Assembly (NCBI GenBank): GCA_021772675.1 | Contig: JAJFLO010000040.1 | Location: 5,083-69,082 of the forward strand | Length of the DNA stretch: 64,000 nucleotides | Direction of reading: 5' to 3' | DNA from: Verrucomicrobiota bacterium | Lineage (GTDB): Bacteria > Verrucomicrobiota > Lentisphaeria > JABSQK01 > JAJFLO01 | Part shown: positions 59,422 to 64,000 of the stretch, piece after piece | Layout: each line of letters starts with the position of its first letter | Numbering within the stretch: position 1 is the first letter of the stretch | The notes under the pieces: generated by a model | Told to the model about the DNA's origin: nothing | The model's input: the letters and a program-made list of their open reading frames with translations, nothing else | Database searches by the model: none | Program-made: the position numbers and the translations under genes

Positions 59422-61686
59422 ATGATCCTGAAATTCAACAATTTATGTATACTAATTGTTGTGATAGTTCTTTCTGGGCTAATTGAGTGTTTCGCAGAAG
59501 TTAACCTGGACGGAACTTTGGGACCAAAGCTCGATCTGGCAGGTCCTAATTATCAAATATCTCATGAACATGGATTGATAAGAGGGGGTAATTTGTTTCA
59601 CAGCTTTGAAATATTCAACCTATCGTCAAACCAATCGGTGACAGAGTCGGCCTTATTTACAGGCCCCCAAACGATTACTAATATAATCTCCAGAGTAACT
59701 GGCGGCAGTGCGTCAGAAATTAATGGTATCATAAAATCTGAAATCCCGGGAGCAAATTTTTACCTATTAAATCCGGCGGGTATCATGTTTGGCCCAAATG
59801 CACAACTTGATATCGATGGTTCTACAACCGTTAGTACCGCAGATTATATTCAATTGGGTAATGAAGGGCAGTTTTTCGGCATTAATTCTGAACAATCCAG
59901 CCTAAGTATAGCACCACCATCTGCTTTTGGTTTCCTGAACCCGTTCGCTGCAGCAATCACGATACAAGATAGTGTGTTGACAGTCAAGGACCACCAATCT
60001 CTATCGATGATTGGTGGTGATATTGATATTTCAGGGGGAGAGTTACGCGTTTCTCAAGGAAATTTATATATGGTTAGTGTTGCTTCTTCAGGGATCACAG
60101 ATGTTGGATTTGACGTAACAAATTTTTCAGAATTGGGTCAAATTAAACTTTTCAATAATCTTAATATTGATCTATCCGGTGAAGGAGGGGGCGATGTAAA
60201 AATTCGATCTAAGTTGATAAATATGAACGATGTCGAAGTTTCCGCAGATTCGCTTGGAGCCATGCCCAGTGGCGATATCGATATCGAAGTAACGGAGAAT
60301 TTAATATTGGACAATACATTTATTACATCGGAAAGTATCAGTGATGGCAACGCAGGTACCATCAGGCTGAAAGCTACAGATATCGACATCCGAAATCAAT
60401 CAATTATCAGCGGTTCATCGTTTAACGATGGCAATTCCGGGAATATTGATCTATCTGCAACTGATATAGCTTTAAGTAATAATACAGAAATCACAGTCAA
60501 TTCGTTAAATTCTGGAAAAGCTGGTATCATATCTTTAAGGGGAAATCACATCACACTTGACAATGCTACCGTTCAAACTCAAACATCTGGCACTGGTCGA
60601 GGTGGCTTGATTAGTGTCAATGCTACGGAAAATTTAGTTCTAAAAAATGGAGGATTAATCGATTCAGCAAATATCGGAAATACGATAGACCCGGGGAAAA
60701 TTGAAATTACAGCAGGACATCTCGCTATCACCGGTTCTGGCATAAATAGCAGCGGCATTAATACGAGTTCCCTTGGAGACGGAGATGGTGGTAATATTTC
60801 GATTGAAACAACCAAATCTATTGTTATCGACGGAAAAGTTAAAACCGAACGGTTTCCGAGTCGCATCTTGGCGATCTCGAATGCTTTAGGAAATTCTGGT
60901 AACATATCAATAAACACACCACTTCTGATAATGATTAATGGTGCGTCAATCAGTACATCAACTAATGGCGATGGCAATGGAGGAAATATCAAAGTCATAG
61001 CGGAAACATTGAGTATGGCAGCCAATTCATCAATTTCATCCAAGAGTACCGATACGGGAACGGGAAAAACGGGTACAATTAATCTCTTTTCAGAGGTTTC
61101 TACTGTAATCGTAGAAAGCTTAATTACTACAGAGGGGGTAGGGAAAGATGTATCTGGTGGTGGAATCACTATAAAGTCTGATCAAAACATTATTGTAGAT
61201 AGAAGTGACATTACTTCTCAATCTGAAAGTGATGGAGGAAATATATCTGTGACGGCACTGAACAGACTTCAGTTGGGAAATGCTACAATCAGTGCAGAAG
61301 CTGGAGATAGCGGGGGTAATATTGTACTAAATTCGATTAAGACTCTGGTTAGGAATAGCGTTCTTAAGGCCAACTCGATTCAGGGAAATGGAGGAAATAT
61401 AAATATTAATTCCGAAGTCTTCCTGATAACACAGAATAGTTTGATCGACGCGTCTTCGGTATTTGGTTTGTCCGGTAACATTGAAATACCATCACCAGAT
61501 ACGGATATAGCAAGGCACCTCACAGAATTGCCCAAATCCGTCTTAAGAAGAGATGAAGAAATGCAGGAAAGATGCACCGTTAAATTGGATGATAATATTA
61601 GTAGCTTTATTGTTGGAGGTCGTCGTGGTTCTTCAATTATACCGGGTGAAATTCTACCAGGATTCATATCTATATTGAACAAATAA
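59422..61686 (+). CDS. filamentous-hemagglutinin N-terminal (TPS) domain protein with beta-helix repeats
   Basis: The start was chosen at ATG 59422, behind GGAG. The signal peptide reads MILKFNNLCILIVVIVLSGLIECFA. TPS-domain motifs are NLFHSFEIFN, ISRVTGGSASEINGI and YLLNPAGIMFGPNAQLDIDG. Repeats of the ..G.I.I.. type follow. The C-terminus is SSFIVGGRRGSSIIPGEILP. Confidence 0.8.
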   Translation: MILKFNNLCILIVVIVLSGLIECFAEVNLDGTLGPKLDLAGPNYQISHEHGLIRGGNLFHSFEIFNLSSNQSVTESALFTGPQTITNIISRVTGGSASEINGIIKSEIPGANFYLLNPAGIMFGPNAQLDIDGSTTVSTADYIQLGNEGQFFGINSEQSSLSIAPPSAFGFLNPFAAAITIQDSVLTVKDHQSLSMIGGDIDISGGELRVSQGNLYMVSVASSGITDVGFDVTNFSELGQIKLFNNLNIDLSGEGGGDVKIRSKLINMNDVEVSADSLGAMPSGDIDIEVTENLILDNTFITSESISDGNAGTIRLKATDIDIRNQSIISGSSFNDGNSGNIDLSATDIALSNNTEITVNSLNSGKAGIISLRGNHITLDNATVQTQTSGTGRGGLISVNATENLVLKNGGLIDSANIGNTIDPGKIEITAGHLAITGSGINSSGINTSSLGDGDGGNISIETTKSIVIDGKVKTERFPSRILAISNALGNSGNISINTPLLIMINGASISTSTNGDGNGGNIKVIAETLSMAANSSISSKSTDTGTGKTGTINLFSEVSTVIVESLITTEGVGKDVSGGGITIKSDQNIIVDRSDITSQSESDGGNISVTALNRLQLGNATISAEAGDSGGNIVLNSIKTLVRNSVLKANSIQGNGGNININSEVFLITQNSLIDASSVFGLSGNIEIPSPDTDIARHLTELPKSVLRRDEEMQERCTVKLDDNISSFIVGGRRGSSIIPGEILPGFISILNK

Positions 61687-61780
61687 CACATTTTAAACCA
61701 ATCTTCAAATACAGATTTTAACAACTATTTCTATGTTTAAAATAGACCGGATTATTGATCAAGTAGCTTTTATTGATATA

Positions 61781-64000
61781 TTACAGCCAATTACCAATCA
61801 ATTGAAAAGGTGCCCAGAAACAAGGATGGCCGTAGCGATATTGGTCTTGCTCGATGAAATATTTTTGGGCACTTTGTAGAGCCTGAGCTTTTGAAATAGT
61901 CTGATCATGGGCCCTTGGAAATTTAATTAATTTCTTATAAAACCGGTCAATTAGCAATGAGGTCGACTTGTCATCAACGTTCCAAAGAGTTCCAAAAACA
62001 CTTCGAGCACCAGACTTTATAGCTACGCCCGCCAATCCAAGCGCAGAACGATCATTACCCGCTGCGGTTTCACACGCACTTAATACTAATAGTTCAATTG
62101 GAATTCCCCTGTATGCACTTGGTTTTATTGCCCGTTCCAAATCGTTTAATGATAGTTTTCCATCGTAAGTTTGAATATAACTTTCTTCGGCAATACCACT
62201 GAATTTTCCGTGGGAAGCTATGTGAATAATTTTGAATTGGTTCTTTGCGATAATCTTGCTAAAACCTGATAAAGTGAAAGCATCATTCAGTAAAGTTTCT
62301 GAACGAATGTATTTTCGGACGTTTGCGATTTCTTCAGCAACAAACTTAAGAGAGGTTGTTCCAGAGCCTTTTCGATCACTACCTGTCACTAAACACCGTG
62401 CCTTCTTCCAGTTCACTGTATGAGGATCAAGAAGATGTAAACCAGGTGAAATTGCAATGGCAAAATTCTGGATCAGGTACTGCTTTCCATCATGCAAAGC
62501 TGCCATAGGAATCGTACGAAATTCCAGATCTGGTATAAATATCAATGTTTTAATACGGTATTGGAGCAATATCGGTTTAATCGGATCGATGATCCACTTG
62601 TATAATTTTTGTGCGTTTTCTAAATGTTTGTTCCCCGGTCGGATTTCTAGATACTGCCGAAAGGTTCTCACCACATTATTAACTTCCTTACTTTTGACAT
62701 CCTTAAAAAATAAATAAATCATCGTACCTTCAACGGGTGCATTCTGATCCTTTACTGATACCAAAATATTGAGCTGTTCCCTTAGAGGAATTATCTGGAT
62801 GACGGCTGTTTCATCGATAATACTATCCACTCGTCGTTGGTTTTGTTTTGCGATATTTTGACAATCATCCAAAAAATAATCTTCCAATTCGGCTTCTTGA
62901 AATTGTTCAACAATTTCCTGTACATGATGGAGATATACCTGTTGCATCTTATTATCATCCGAGAATTTATATTGTTCAATCAGACAATCGATTAGCTCAA
63001 AATATATTGGACCAATAGCTTCACGAAAATTCCATTTTAAGTTTCTATTTTCATGGCTAATAATTAGATCATGGCGAATAGTTTTTAGTGTTGACAGCGC
63101 CCCTCTATAAACACGAATGGCATCTCCAAGATTACCGAATTCTTTTAATATGCGTGCAACCTGCCATTGCCAGCGGAAAACAGCATCTGGCAACTGTTCG
63201 GTTTGAGCTAATTGTAATGCTTTTCGTGATAGTTTTAGTGCCTCGTCTAACTGACCAGCCTTTTCCAGTAGTTCCCCCATGTACCCGAATGCGTATGACT
63301 TCGAATAGGTATCGGAAACTCTATCCGCGATCTTAACAGCATTTTTATAAACGCTGTACGCGTTGTATGTTAACTCGTCTCGTTTCTCTTGAAATACAGT
63401 ACTAAGTTTTTGAAAGGTAGTTCCAACGGTAATCATTAAATGTCCCTTTTTGCGAGTGTCCTTAACTTGAGGTAACATAGCCAAGGCTTGATAATTCCAT
63501 TTTTGGGCTTGATCAAATTTCTCGTTGGAATAAGCCGATGATGCTGCATTTGTCAAAGCCAGGGAAAGCAGATTGATATCATCAATTTTCCGCGAATGAA
63601 GAATTGCCTGTTTATAATAGCTAAATGACTCCTCAGCCTTTCCTTTAATTGCTTGTAACTCGGCAAGATTGAGTAAATTTACGATAATGGCCTGTACGAT
63701 TTCGGAAGCCGCCGCCGTCGAGAGGCCCTTTTGGAGGTATTTTTCGGCTTCATCGTAGTTCCCCATGTAGGTATGTAACTGCCCCAACGAGCTATACACT
63801 TTCAGGAATTGGCCAATATCATTTGAATTCTCTGCATAAAATAAAGCCTTTCCAAGTGATTTTGAAGAAAGTTCAAAGTATCCTAGGAACTGATAGGCTT
63901 TGGCAAGGTTAGTTAAAATTTCTATCTGAAGCTCAGGTTCCAAGAATAAATATGTTTCGAGCGCATCTTCAAAGTGACGCGCAGCAGTTTCATAATTTCC
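61781..64000 (-). CDS. TPR-repeat CHAT-domain protein (5' end beyond the window)
   Basis: The C-terminal CHAT His/Cys dyad context is IIHIASHGKF and LLVLSACETAAGN. TPR-like repeats lie upstream. The reading frame stays open to nt 64000 (GNYETAARHFEDALE...), so M at 63943 is probably not the true start. Confidence 0.8.
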   Translation of the reverse strand, partial: GNYETAARHFEDALETYLFLEPELQIEILTNLAKAYQFLGYFELSSKSLGKALFYAENSNDIGQFLKVYSSLGQLHTYMGNYDEAEKYLQKGLSTAAASEIVQAIIVNLLNLAELQAIKGKAEESFSYYKQAILHSRKIDDINLLSLALTNAASSAYSNEKFDQAQKWNYQALAMLPQVKDTRKKGHLMITVGTTFQKLSTVFQEKRDELTYNAYSVYKNAVKIADRVSDTYSKSYAFGYMGELLEKAGQLDEALKLSRKALQLAQTEQLPDAVFRWQWQVARILKEFGNLGDAIRVYRGALSTLKTIRHDLIISHENRNLKWNFREAIGPIYFELIDCLIEQYKFSDDNKMQQVYLHHVQEIVEQFQEAELEDYFLDDCQNIAKQNQRRVDSIIDETAVIQIIPLREQLNILVSVKDQNAPVEGTMIYLFFKDVKSKEVNNVVRTFRQYLEIRPGNKHLENAQKLYKWIIDPIKPILLQYRIKTLIFIPDLEFRTIPMAALHDGKQYLIQNFAIAISPGLHLLDPHTVNWKKARCLVTGSDRKGSGTTSLKFVAEEIANVRKYIRSETLLNDAFTLSGFSKIIAKNQFKIIHIASHGKFSGIAEESYIQTYDGKLSLNDLERAIKPSAYRGIPIELLVLSACETAAGNDRSALGLAGVAIKSGARSVFGTLWNVDDKSTSLLIDRFYKKLIKFPRAHDQTISKAQALQSAQKYFIEQDQYRYGHPCFWAPFQLIGNWL

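Overview
AT-rich bacterial chromosomal window; the taxon cannot be assigned from sequence alone. Housekeeping genes occupy the left third: carA, a partial type II secretion or pseudopilin cluster (gspF, gspG and four prepilin-like genes), a K+ channel, an SDR, a stand-alone AICAR-formyltransferase-like gene and a nitroreductase. Two accessory regions follow.

(1) 13.1-34.1 kb holds a diversity-generating retroelement (DGR). The cassette runs avd, RT, TR on the minus strand at 18.7-20.4 kb. Three paralogous ~1050-aa target genes each combine a class III cyclase-like N-domain, a NACHT NTPase and a C-terminal FGE-type C-type-lectin domain. Each target's last ~116-119 nt is a variable region that differs from the TR almost only at TR adenines. 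The region also carries a non-diversified 1748-aa paralog, a 403-aa ATPase and the remnant of a second, deleted DGR cassette. A REP-associated tyrosine transposase (RAYT) gene sits inside an 88-bp tandem REP array.

(2) 37.7-64 kb holds a secretion and signalling cluster:
- a ShlB/FhaC-type TpsB
- two tandem giant secreted proteins (~1800 aa), each with about six concatenated flagellar rod/hook (FlgG/FlgE)-like modules; one gene is split by an ISL3 insertion with an 8-bp target duplication
- an ECF-like sigma factor fused to FHA
- a Ser/Thr kinase with a TM segment and WD40 repeats
- a DUF928-like protein
- a TPS-domain protein
- a TPR-CHAT protein that runs off the window

A tRNA-Thr(CGU) at 34.3 kb is followed by a degraded integrative region. 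Intergenic DNA is saturated with nested REPIN/MITE-like palindromic elements. All calls come from reading the sequence and the ORF track. No database search was run, so domain names are motif-level assignments.
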